A stretch of 64,000 nucleotides of DNA from Eledone cirrhosa (taxonomy: Eukaryota): NCBI GenBank assembly GCA_964016885.1, contig OZ024754.1, forward strand, positions 17,360,001-17,424,000. The letters run 5' to 3'. Positions 13,211 to 25,686 of the stretch are shown here, piece after piece. The stretch's first letter is position 1, and every line of letters begins with the position of its first letter. Under the pieces are notes generated by a model. That model did no database searches, was not told where the DNA came from, and worked only from the letters and a program-made list of their open reading frames with translations. The position numbers and the translations under genes are program-made.

Positions 13211-15708
13211 TTGAGAGAGAGAGAGAGAGGGGGGGGGGGGGCAGAGAGAGAGATTGTGTGAGAGAGTTATATCACCATAGTAACTAACTATATTCCCAAC
13301 TTGTCAACTATTGTTGCTGGCTTGTGTGTTCTTATAGATGACAGTGTATTGACAGAATCGTTCGAGCCTAAGACAAAAGGCCCTTTACGTCCTGAGTTCA
13401 AATCCCGCTGAGGTCAACTTTGCTTTTGATCCGTCAAGGGGTCGGTAAAATAAAGTACCAATAAAGAAATGGGTCGATATCAGCGATTTTCGCTCCCTAC
13501 CTATTGCTAACCTTGTGCCTAAATCAGAAATCTTTAGAGCTACCAAGCTTTACTCTCATGCTCCACAGACTTTTTAATATTTTTTCTACTTTCTTTCGGG
13601 AAATATTTTGTCTAGAGGATATTAAGATATATATCAAACTGTATATATTTTCCTTTTTCTATCTCGATGTACCGAGGCCATATCATTGTCACATTTTGAG
13701 TTTGTAGCGACCTGCATTCCGAGGGCTCGTGGATACATTCTCCGTACGTTGTTTGGCTCAGTTCAGCCAATCGCTACCAGCGTAGGAAAATGTATCTCGA
13801 CTTCCGCCCAGAGGGAAAAATTCCCCGCTTCTTTTCGATAAACTCTTTCTTGCAGCTCGACACCGTTAAGTTAAACATCTTTTGATTTCGTTCCTCAAAT
13901 ATTCCAAAATGTAGCTACCGGACTTATCACGGCCTTGGCTTCTTACTTCAGCCACATGACAGTGTCTAAATTTACAGCATCTTAATTTGTCTAGTCATTT
14001 CTCATGGCATGCCAGCTAAACCTTTGTAATCGGTTTGTAAATAAATTATATTTTATAAACATTATAAAGTCGTATGATGCTATTTTCCACAACATTGCTT
14101 TTAACATCTTCAATGGTGACTTCTGTGATACAATACACAAATACATACATTCTCAACACATACATATATCACCTTGATCACCTTCACCGACCAGTCTGTC
14201 GGGCGCCAATCGGCGCCGCTCGTCACAGCACGTCGTGCTGTTTTAGCCATAAGATAACGCCATCCCACTGGCTGGGCGGGCAGCCAGTGGGATGGCGTTA
14301 TCTTATGCTACAGCTGAGTAAACTGGAGCAACGTGAAATAAAGTGTCTTGCTCAAGGAAACAACACATCACCCGGTCCGAGAATTGAACTCACAACCTTT
14401 CGATTGCAAACTCAATGTTCTAACCACTAAGCCATGCGCCTTCACATACATATATATCATCTATTAACTTCCTCTAAAGATACTATTTCTAAAAGTTTAA
14501 AGCATGCTTATACCATATTTTTATTTTTTCTATTTGGCTGCGAGGGATTTTTTATATAATCTAATGGATTCAGCTACTTATTTGTTCATGTCTGTAGATA
14601 TATCCTGTCTTGTGGGGACTGGGCTAAATTGTTTATTTATGTTGATTGATTACTCTGCAGTTGACGTCATTCTCGTGTGATATTTGATTTTTTAGTATCC
14701 TATATAGCTCAAACCAAACCTTCCTGTCATTAGTCAAAGGGTTTTCAGATCTTGCTAGATTTCATAATGGATCATTTTCTAGCTTTCTTAATCTCTAATG
14801 CTATCGTATAAATATGGTATGTAGGTCGTCTGCTACAATACAGGAGGAGTGAGCGGTGGTAAATGAAAAATGTAGGCGGTGAATGGACAAGATCGTGAGA
14901 ACATCGAATAAACGCTTTGAAGTATTCGTTTCAGCTCTCTACACATCGAGTTCAAAACTCGCCGAAGTCAACTTTCATCCTTTTGATTTCGATAAAAAGT
15001 ACCAGTCCATTACTGGAGCTCGATTCCCCCCCCCCCCCTCTCTTTCTCTCTGGAAGAAATCGGTTGCGTTCAGAGCTGGAGAGATGGGGTTCGTTGGGTT
15101 TAAAGTAACCAAGACACACCTTAGGCCACTACGGCGCCCTTACGACTCCATCAATTGTTACGGGTCCATACATACACAAAGATAAATCGATGGGTGTACA
15201 ATTGTTATATTTGTGGGACTTGGTATATGTTCCGTCTCTTTATGTTTTGAGTTCAAATCTCGCTGAAGTCAAATTTGCTTGATACCCTTCCGGTGTAGAT
15301 ATAATCGACTCCGCCCCAACAACAAAATTGCTGGCCCTGTGCTTAAATTAGAAAGCATTTGTATTAGGGCGGTAGAGTAGCAGTATCGGTAGCTCGTCGA
15401 ACAAAGTTGTTTGCACATGAAATGAACGTGCAATCCCCAGACAGGTCTAGTTCTTATGGAGAATCAATGTGATAGAGTTTGTGACAAGGCTGGTCACAAT
15501 TTGGATTATTGGTACAACCTAGTGCACTGGAGAATTATGAAGTAATGTGTCACGCTGAAGGACATAAAGTGGTGCCAGGAATCGAACACCTTTCTTACGA
15601 TCATGAACCAGTAAGTCACACACCTTCACATAGTTATACACCGCATATAACTGCAAAAAATAACCACAATAAAAACACCAACGTGTTTTCTATTTGTATG
15701 CGCACGCA

Positions 15709-15710
<2 letters not shown>

Positions 15711-15766
<56 letters not shown>

Positions 15767-15788
15767 TATACGTGTGTGTGCGTGTGTG

Positions 15789-15821
<33 letters not shown>

Positions 15822-15910
15822 CACACGCACACACACACACATATATATATACATATACACACATACACACACCACACACAGACACATATATATATTTATA
15901 TATATGTATG
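15711..15910. repeat. Compound (TA)n/(TG)n/(CA)n microsatellite
   Basis: Directly visible. Confidence 0.9.
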
Positions 15911-16211
15911 TATTCTTGAAGAGGCGTTTCCAGCTACTCAAATCTCATCATAGCGCTTGTGTATATGTGTATTTGTATGGTGATATGTGTATATATATAT
16001 ATAGTTATATAATAAACAACATAAGGCAATTATTTCATTTACCAGTGGTTTCTTAAAAGCAAAAAAATGTTGCTTTCAATCATCAGAATGAAAAAAATCC
16101 TGGTGTATTTATTGGCGTTGGATTTTAAAAACAAAAATATAATCTATATATATATATATATAAAATAAAGTTAAATAAAAGTCAAATGATTAAAATTTAG
16201 CTTCGTTTATT

Positions 16212-16266
16212 ACTGCTATATATATTTCAGTGACAGCCATCTTTGGCTGTGACCTCTTCAGGCAGT
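16212..16266 (-). ncRNA. Type I hammerhead ribozyme (family A)
   Basis: Reverse complement of the motif at 17228-17282. Confidence 0.85.
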
Positions 16267-17227
16267 TTGAATTAGTATGGTATAGACAAGTACATATGTT
16301 GTTTAGGTGTATGATATTGTCAATACTCTGATATGCCCAGTTCCTTGTTGGGTTGTTAATTCACTGGGGAACTGGAGTCATATGAATTCAAACAAACGAA
16401 TTTTCGTGTCACAGGTCCCCTTCTCCTCTCATTGGTCAGTTATTAGAACATTCCTCATTCTAAGTGTTGTTATTGTTGGAGTTAGCTTAAAAATTGATAA
16501 AATGGTAGAAGGGACAAGGTGTTAAAGGAACAAAATAACAAAAAAAGTGTCAAACTTCCCATTGGTCAGTTCTGAGAGCATTCCTCAGTCAGAAGTCTAT
16601 AGAATTCTTTCTGGAGTGAGGCTCCTTGTAGTGTGTTTGCCTGCTATTGTTCAGTACATTTGACCTCCACCATTATTTTGGTACTGTTGTTGTTGTAGTG
16701 GTCAGCTTATATCTTGCTGCTGCTAACAATTTAGAAGTATCCAGTTTGTGTTTTCTCTTCATCCCTCCCGCCACCATCGTAGTGGTGGTTGGGGGGGGGG
16801 GTCTTCCATGTATATGAAGAAATATAAGGCAATAAATGAAGAAAACAGAAAATAAATAAATAATATAATAAAATAAAATAATTAATATAATTTGTGTAAT
16901 TTGAAAATAAATAAATAAATAGAGAATAAAGAATAAAGAGTAAATGAGAGATTGGTGAAAAAGTAATGATAATGTATATGGAGAAGTGAGAAATAATGTA
17001 GGATAAAGTGTGTGTGTGTGCTATAACCAATCTCAAGGTCAGAATATGTTGGATAGATTGGTATGATACAAGATGTTAAGATGAGATATTCAATTTGTTT
17101 GTTTGAATTCATATGACTCCAGTTCCCCAGTGAATTAACAATCCAACAAGGAACTGGGCATATCAGAGTATTGACAATATCATACACCTAAACAACATAT
17201 GTACTTGTCTATACCATACTAATTCAA

Positions 17228-17282
17228 ACTGCCTGAAGAGGTCACAGCCAAAGATGGCTGTCACTGAAATATATATAGCAGT
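17228..17282 (+). ncRNA. Type I hammerhead ribozyme (family A)
   Basis: ACTGC-CTGAAGA-GGTCACAGCCA-aaga-TGGCTGTCACT-GAAA-TATATATA-GCAGT; stem I ACTGC/GCAGT, AUA triplet. Confidence 0.85.
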
Positions 17283-17563
17283 AATAAACGAAGCTAAATT
17301 TTAATCATTTGACTTTTATTTAACTTTATTTTACACTACTCCGGAGTAACCAAACCAACCTGCGCACTTCGTCGAGTGCTCCAGCCTGCATACTGATGTG
17401 TTGGTATACAACCAACATAAACTCAAAATCTCTCTCTATATATATATATATATTTAGCAATTTTTTTGTTGGGGCGGATCGATTATATCTACACCGGAAG
17501 GGTATCAAGCAAATTTGACTTCAGCGAGATTTGAACTCAAAACATAAAGAGACGGAACATATA

Positions 17564-18021
<458 letters not shown>

Positions 18022-18067
18022 ACTATATGAAGGGATTAATAAATAATCACGTCAAATACATACGGTT

Positions 18068-18556
18068 TGGCTGGATCGAGGGGACGGCAAAAGGCCAGAT
18101 GGCATGACCATCTTCCCGTTCCGCGTTGGCAAACCCCTCGTCTGGGATGCCACTTACACCGACATTTTCTGCAGCCGCAACCTGGTGCAGTCTACGACTG
18201 ACCCAGGTTCTGCTGCACGTCGGGCTGAGGGGGCCAAACTCCTCAAATACCGGTCGCTCTCCGACAGCTTTGCGGTCGTTCCCCTGGCACTGGAAACTTC
18301 TGGTGTCCTCGGCCCCAGGGCTACCTCCTTACTCACCACCTTAGGCGCTGAGCTGGCCAGCCGTAGGTGTGAGCCCCGCGAGTTGGAGTGGCTTTTCCAG
18401 CACGTCTCCCTTGCCGTCCTCCAGGGAAACGCCTTCTCCATTCTGTCCGCCGGGGCTGTGGATGGGCCCGATCGCGTACCCTTACATTAGTTAAATACCA
18501 TTCTTTCATCCCAGTAGAGTTAAATAAACATGTTTGTGGTTAAAAAAACAAAAAAA

Positions 18557-18560
<4 letters not shown>
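18068..18560 (+). mobile_element. 5'-truncated CRE-like element 3' end with poly(A)
   Basis: DRGDGKRPDGMTIFPF..LVWDATYTD..LALETSG; homologous to 7495-7890; AATAAA at ~18523, then an A-rich tail. Confidence 0.85.
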
Positions 18561-18591
<31 letters not shown>

Positions 18592-19381
18592 TATAAAATA
18601 AATGCACAAAATATCGCAGTTCCTTAGATGCAGTTGATAGTTTGAGAATGAAGACATTTTGAGATGTATAGTAATTTATAGTAATATATTATAATAATCT
18701 GATTTGGTGCTATGTAAGATGGACGGAGATGTACGTTAGCGAAGGGGTAGACAGAGAGACAGGGGCGCTGAGAAGTAGAAAAAGAGAAGGAATAAAAATA
18801 AAAGAGAACATCTTAGGATTTCGTAATGTGATTGAAATAACTGAAATAGACATTTCTCTTTATATGGTTTAAATCGTTTTAAAATAAAACTATAACATCA
18901 TCAGAAACAGCAGAGCGTTGTCAAAATACTTTGAGGCATTTTGTTACGATTTTTTACGTTTTGAGTTGAAATACCGTTGATGATAATTTTGCTTTTCATC
19001 TTTCCGGATTCACTAAAATATAGTACCAGTTAAGTACTGGGGCCGATAAATCAACTTTCCCTTTCACCAAATTGTTAGCCTTGTGCCAATAATAACTCTT
19101 ATAATATGTCCAATCGCTTATAACCCTTTAATGTTTCGCTCATTTGCTGTTTTTAATTATATAAATTATTTAGTAGGCTCAGAAGGGCCATAGACGTGAC
19201 TAGACTAAAAATGTTTTGCTTTCAGGGCCTAAATCAAGAAGCCATTTCTGCTTGGCATTTTCCAGAGATGGACTCATAACTACGATGTCTGGTGACAATG
19301 ATACTGAAGATGATGATGAAGATGAGGAGGAGGAAGATAGGGATGAAGAAAAAGAAATGGTGGTGGTATTATTATTATTAT

Positions 19382-19566
19382 TATCGGTAGAGGGTCGGAC
19401 GCCATGCTTTCCAGCATAGTTACGTCCCTTTACGACCTGAGTTCAAATCCCGCCGAGGTTGACTTTGCCTTTCATCCTTACGGGGTCGATAAAATAAAGT
19501 ACTAGTAATGCACTGGGTAATTGCTGGCCTTGTGCCTAAAGTAGAAACAATTATTATTATTATTAT
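19382..19566 (+). mobile_element. Major tRNA-derived SINE, young copy with (ATT)n tail
   Basis: GAGTTCAAATCCC B-box, CTTTCATCCTTACGGGGTCGATAAAATAAAGTAC core. Confidence 0.9.
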
Positions 19567-19876
19567 CTCTCTCGCCCTAGGTCCACCTCTCTCCCACTCC
19601 ACATCTATGAACCTGCCCTCTGTGGCAATAAATAATCCCAACCTTGACTATCAACACATTGCTTAAGGTGGTCGCTTTAAGAGTAACCAGTATAATAAAA
19701 CCCCTACCACAACATTTTGATTAAGATATATCTACAAACCACTCTCTCCCATTTCTCCAACCCCTGCATATCTCTCTCTCTCTCTCCCTCTCCCCTTCTT
19801 TTCTCTCTTCCTTTTCTACTCTATCTTCCCCAATAACCTCACTTAAGGGTATTTACATTGTACATTTTAACCATTC

Positions 19877-19988
19877 TGCTCTGATGATACAGTGGTCACA
19901 GCATTTGATAATTGAGTTTTGCAAATAGTTATAAATTTGCACATAGCATAACTAGGCTGTATAACCACCGTGGAAACATCTGTAAGCA
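19877..19988 (+). ncRNA. Type I hammerhead with long branched stem II, in a PLE-type 3' end (~19570-20180)
   Basis: TGCT-CTGATGA-TACAGTGGTCACAGC...GCTGTATAACCACCGTG-GAAAC-atct-GTA-AGCA; AATAAA just downstream. Confidence 0.75.
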
Positions 19989-20180
19989 CACAGAATAAAT
20001 TACCTTTTTATGATGTCTACCTGTTATTATTCATTCTTTATCTACACTCCGGAATACAGAAGGATCAGGAACTGAGTTTCTTCAACTATTCTTCCATAAC
20101 TCGTTGAGTAACCTCTCACCGTACGTCAACTCTATCCAGTGTAGTAATTAACCATTACTGCATCCAGGATAATCCTATAC

Positions 20181-20241
<61 letters not shown>

Positions 20242-20245
<4 letters not shown>

Positions 20246-21050
20246 CGAAGGAAATGTGGTAAGGAACCAGGTGGACCATAACGCACCAAAGTACTCAATA
20301 CTTGAGGTAGTAGAGTGGGTAATAGGAACCAGTAAGACCCCGACAGCTGAGCTCAAGCCGTTTCGACGGCTAATTCTGGACTAAATGAAAATTTATCCTG
20401 GTATTTAAATAGCCGATCTTCTCAAGGGGTAATTCCATATATGGTCAAAGTGATTGTCAAAAATCAGTAGTAATTCTGTGGTTGCAAATTAGTAGGGGAG
20501 ATGGTGGCTAAACCTGCCAGTAGGAGAAAGAGGGGAGGGGGTGGAGTAGACCCAATCAAGCGTTGGTAGTGCCAGCTACAGCTGGGCATGAGGTCAAAGA
20601 AGATACAGGGGAGGGGGAGGGGGAGGAAGTCGGAATGGTAGGTAGAGCAATGGGGGGTAGAAATATATAGGAAAGAAAAAATACTGAGAGTGAAGAAAAG
20701 CAAATAAGTGTAAAGAAAAAAGTAAAGTAAATTAAATTCTACGACCTAGGTGTCAGGCTATTGTTAGGCTAGAATAAAATAAATAAAGAAAGAAAGAAGT
20801 AAAGAAATAAATAAATAAATAAATAACGAAATAAGTAAAAGAACTAGGTGGGACGGAATAGGCAAGGACCCTTTTAAGAGGTATAAGTACGTAAATGATA
20901 CGGTGACGGGTCAACAAAAGGGGCCAAAATACTAAAGAGACTACCACGAAATAAACAATAAAGGTTTCCATCCCGGGCCAGCAACGACCCAGTGCAGCAA
21001 AGTGAACTTGTACGAGATAATAATTCTGAGTCCCGAGAAAAATATATACT
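20242..21050 (-). mobile_element. PLE-type 3' UTR/pLTR fragment anchored at (TA)n
   Basis: Terminus shared with 9703 and 41407; carries the HHR at 20337-20430; strongly skewed composition. Confidence 0.6.
20337..20430 (-). ncRNA. Type I hammerhead, U3-A8 core variant
   Basis: Minus strand ACCCC-TTGAGAA-GATCGGCTA...TAGCCGTC-GAAACGGCT-tgagctc-AGCTGTC-GGGGT. Confidence 0.75.
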
Positions 21051-21122
21051 AATGCTAACTCTAAAAGATCTAAAACAAGCTACATAGATTGTTTTAGATC
21101 TTTTAGAGTTAGCTTGTTTTAG

Positions 21123-21184
<62 letters not shown>

Positions 21185-21191
<7 letters not shown>

Positions 21192-22082
21192 ACTAGAAAT
21201 TGATTAACATATATATAAACATGAATAATCACAGGAGATAATTTTTACAAGCGTGTAACCACGCATAGCTAGGTAGGTAACAAAATGAAGTTGACTAGAA
21301 CTTCAAAAATAGATACCTTTTAATATGATTAATCTTCCCTGTATATATTCCATTAAAGAAATATATTTCACCAATTAACCAGATGGTAAATCACGGAAGT
21401 GGATATTTTTGGATTATCAACAAGGAAGAAAAATTTCCAGCAATCCATGTTTACACAACGAGTTCAAATCTGCAACTGGCTGCTACCACGTGTTGTGTTT
21501 ACACATCACAGCAGCTTCGTCTCAGTGGCGTGAATAGGTATTCGACAACTAGAAACAGCAGTCGATTCCTTTCAACAGAGTTAGCTCTACAATTAAGGAG
21601 CCGTATTTATATATATATATCCAAAATTAAGATAAATTAAATGAATTTAATCCAAATCAAAATTATGGGTGTCATGCCATAACGGCGTGCGCCATATCGC
21701 CCGGAAAATAAGCTCAAAGATTCTATCGAGTAGGTCCGAGCATTTTATAATAACTAGAAATTGATTAACATATATATAAACATGAATAATCACAAGAGAT
21801 AATTTTTAAAAGCGTGTAACCACGCATAGCTAGGTAGGTAACAAAATAAAGTTGACTAGAACTTCAAAAATAGATACCTTTTAATATGGTTACATGCTTG
21901 TAAAAATTATCTCCTGTGATTATTCATGTTTATATATATGTTAATCAATTTCTAGTTATTATAAAATGCTCGGACCTACTCGATAGAATCTTTGAGCTTA
22001 TTTTCCGGGCGATATGACGCACACCGTTATGGCATGACACCCATAATTTTGATTTGGATTAAAATCATTTATCTTAATTTTG

Positions 22083-22085
<3 letters not shown>
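21185..22085. repeat. Direct repeat (21185-21327 vs 21746-21888) plus inverted repeat (21622-21822 vs 21887-22083) between (TA)n tracts
   Basis: Visible duplications; PLE-like tandem/inverted layout with no ORF. Confidence 0.85.
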
Positions 22086-22705
<620 letters not shown>

Positions 22706-22709
22706 TTAG

Positions 22710-22972
<263 letters not shown>

Positions 22973-22974
22973 AG

Positions 22975-23172
22975 TAATAATTGTTTCTACTTTTGGCACA
23001 AGGCCAACAATTAAACCAGTGCATTACTGGTACTTTATTTTATCGACCCCGTAAGGATGAAAGGCAAAGTGAAACTTGGCAGGATTTGAACTCAGACCAT
23101 AAAGGGGCGTAACTCTATGCTGTAAAATTTGGCGACCGACGCTCTCCGGATACTGCCAATTCACCGCCCTTA
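22975..23172 (-). mobile_element. Major tRNA-derived SINE, full length
   Basis: Reverse complement of the 35974-36160 type sequence. Confidence 0.9.
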
Positions 23173-24041
23173 TATAATAAATGTGACGACTAAAATCCGA
23201 AGAGAGTTCGCCAAGGATAATATATATATATATAAATATATAAAACCATAGAGCAAATATTTATTAAAATAACAGATTAAACTTTAAGCAAAGAAATGCT
23301 GCTTTCACCTTTAACGGGATCTTCTGTAACTAAAAAAAATCTGTGGACTCAGAAGTAAATATTTGGAAAAACTTGGCAACCGTGGACGCACATACACACA
23401 TGTACCCGCGTATGTTCATATCGAGGACGCATACTTGATGAATACCCCCACCCCACCCCATCCGTACACACACGCGCATCTGTGCAAATGGTGCACATAC
23501 TATTATATGGGACAACATTCTTGAGGCTTGGACCCATCCCGATCATGTGCGATATAAGCCCGATATGAATGCGCAGATATGCATGCGCACGTGTGCACAT
23601 GTCTGGGTGGATGTATTTGTATGAACATGTCTGTGTGAGGGTATGAATGCCTATGTGTAGATCTTTCTTTTTTTCATCTGTCTGTATATGTGCAGCGTCT
23701 TAACTATACACGCTTCCCTGAGTACAGTGTGTGAGTGTAGATATGTGTATATCAACTGTACACACTTCCCTGAGTACAGTGTGTGAGCGTAGATATGTGT
23801 ATATTTATCAAAAATACCTTCGAAACAAATTTTTTTGAAAGGCTGTTCCAAGCATTCATTTAAAAACGTTCTTTGTACAGACATTTCTCTTTTTGAAATA
23901 TGTATGTTTTAAGGTATTCTGAGGCTGTGTTCTTGAAACGTTATCCTGAATATTTTGCTAATATTTTTCTAATATTTTTCTAATTTGTTTTTAAAATTCC
24001 CTCCAAGCATTATTTACGGTGATCGTCGCATACAATACAGT

Positions 24042-24559
24042 TGTGGATGTGGACGTGATCGCTGTGGACGAGGGCGCCTAAAGACAGTGACAACGTCGAA
24101 GGGACGCCAGCAGTTCAAGCATACAACCCCTTATTTACTACAGAAGTAATTCCGATCTAAGAAACAAATTTGATTGACAGGTGCAGAATGAAAAGAACCA
24201 AATAGTGGACAACCATGAGTGGCTAGAAATATCGATGACGTGTACAATTCTTGACCACTCGTAGAATGACAACAACATGATCTACGCCGATAGGCGAAGG
24301 ATATCGATATAAAAGGACATAGGAAAATCTGCTTCGTAGAATCAAGACATATCTGAGGACCTTGGGATTTTCAGAGTCAGGTTCGATCATCACATCGATC
24401 GTGCCTCGAGCTGGTCGCCAGAGAAACGATTGTAATATGTCCAATAAATTCCATTCGTCGCAACACTGATTCTCTTTTTCTGTGATATCATACTCTGCCC
24501 TATGAGAGCATCGAGTTCTCAAACGGCCTACCGCATACGGACGCTTTAAGCATCCAACA
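24042..24559 (+). mobile_element. Candidate solo LTR
   Basis: TGTGGATG...CATCCAACA imperfect inverted ends, TATAAAAG at ~24308, AATAAA at ~24443; no clean TSD. Confidence 0.3.
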
Positions 24560-24561
24560 CC

Positions 24562-24565
<4 letters not shown>

Positions 24566-24602
<37 letters not shown>

Positions 24603-24704
24603 TTTATTTATTAAAATAAAATATATATATATATATAAGATATCTCTCTCTCTATATATATATATATATGTATACATTTATATATATATGATATATACAC
24701 ACAT

Positions 24705-24801
<97 letters not shown>

Positions 24802-24982
24802 ATATATATATACATATATATGATATTTATATACATATATATGATATATATATATATATATACATATATAAGATATGATATGATATATATACATATATGA
24901 TATATACATATATATATATATGTGTGTGTGTGTATGAGATACATATATATGATAGATATATATATATATAAATATATATATA
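24566..24982. repeat. (TA)n-rich compound microsatellite
   Basis: Directly visible. Confidence 0.95.
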
Positions 24983-25119
24983 AGAGGGGTGAACACCGAT
25001 ACAAGTATACATGTGTTCGAATTGCAAATGACCAAGTTAGCTAGGTCGAAAAATACTAATTTAAAACAATATAGTTCAGTCTTCTTAGATCTTTTGAAGT
25101 GAAAGGTACGGATTTCCTG

Positions 25120-25198
25120 GATACCCGCAGAAGAGCACAGGAATGGTGGCTTTCACTTAATAATTGTTGGGAAACAGATTTAGATCTGTCCGGGTATC
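25120..25198 (+). ncRNA. Type I hammerhead-like motif, U4A variant, stable stems I and III
   Basis: GATACCCG-CAGAAGA-...-GAAACAGAT-ttag-ATCTGTC-CGGGTATC; stem II weak. Confidence 0.65.
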
Positions 25199-25242
25199 AA
25201 ACGGCGGTTTCCCAATATGGGTTTGTTATTTTTATTGATCTA

Positions 25243-25590
25243 TCCAGCTCCTGATTGTGTTGTTATTTCTCTGAGGAACTGGAACCATATGATTCCAGTT
25301 CCTCAGAGAAATAACAACACAACCAGGAGCTGGACATATCGATGTATTGACGAAGTAAAACAGACTTCAACAACATATGTACCTGTTTTTCCCACACCAA
25401 TTCGGATTGCCTGAAGAGGTCACAGCCAATGATGGCAGTCACCGAAATATATATAGCAGTATATCTATAATTTATAATAACCGAAGCCAAATTTTACATT
25501 ACTCCGGAGTAAACAAACCAACCTGCGTACTTCGTCGAGTGCTCCAATCTGCATACTGAGGTCTCGGTAAACAACCAGCATATACTCAAT
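25243..25590 (+). mobile_element. Diverged family A fragment with 5' hairpin (25243-25333) and HHR (25406-25460)
   Basis: ATTGC-CTGAAGA-GGTCACAGCCA..TGGCAGTCACC-GAAA-TATATATA-GCAGT; same tail ACTCCGGAGTAA..CAACCTGCG..CTTCGTCGAGTGCTCCA. Confidence 0.85.
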
Positions 25591-25641
25591 ATATATATAG
25601 AGAATTCGCAAGAATCAAAGCTATGTTCAAAGGATTTATTC

Positions 25642-25686
25642 ACTTACAATTGTTTCATCCAAACCTAGGCTTGGTTTCTTCGGAGC
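25642..25686 (-). ncRNA. Type I hammerhead, U4C variant
   Basis: Minus strand GCT-CCGAAGA-AACCAAGC-ctag-GTTTGGAT-GAAAC-aatt-GTA-AGT; palindromic ACAATTGT. Confidence 0.65.

Larger units (their letters stand above)
16161..17430. mobile_element. Non-coding HHR family A fold-back insertion: long copy on - (17095->16161) and short copy on + (17094-17430) with ~100-nt tail
   Basis: 16161-16397 is reverse-complementary to 17097-17333; flanked by (TA)n; near-identical to 57759-59260. Confidence 0.9.

Noticed and set aside
16072-16092. Minus-strand CTGATGA-TT-GAAAG
   Set aside because: No stem II; cannot be supported as an HHR.
24100-24112. Minus-strand TGGCGTCCCT as a tRNA-Asn primer-binding site
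   Set aside because: Only 10 nt match, the orientation conflicts with the TATA/AATAAA signals, and there is no gag/pol nearby.
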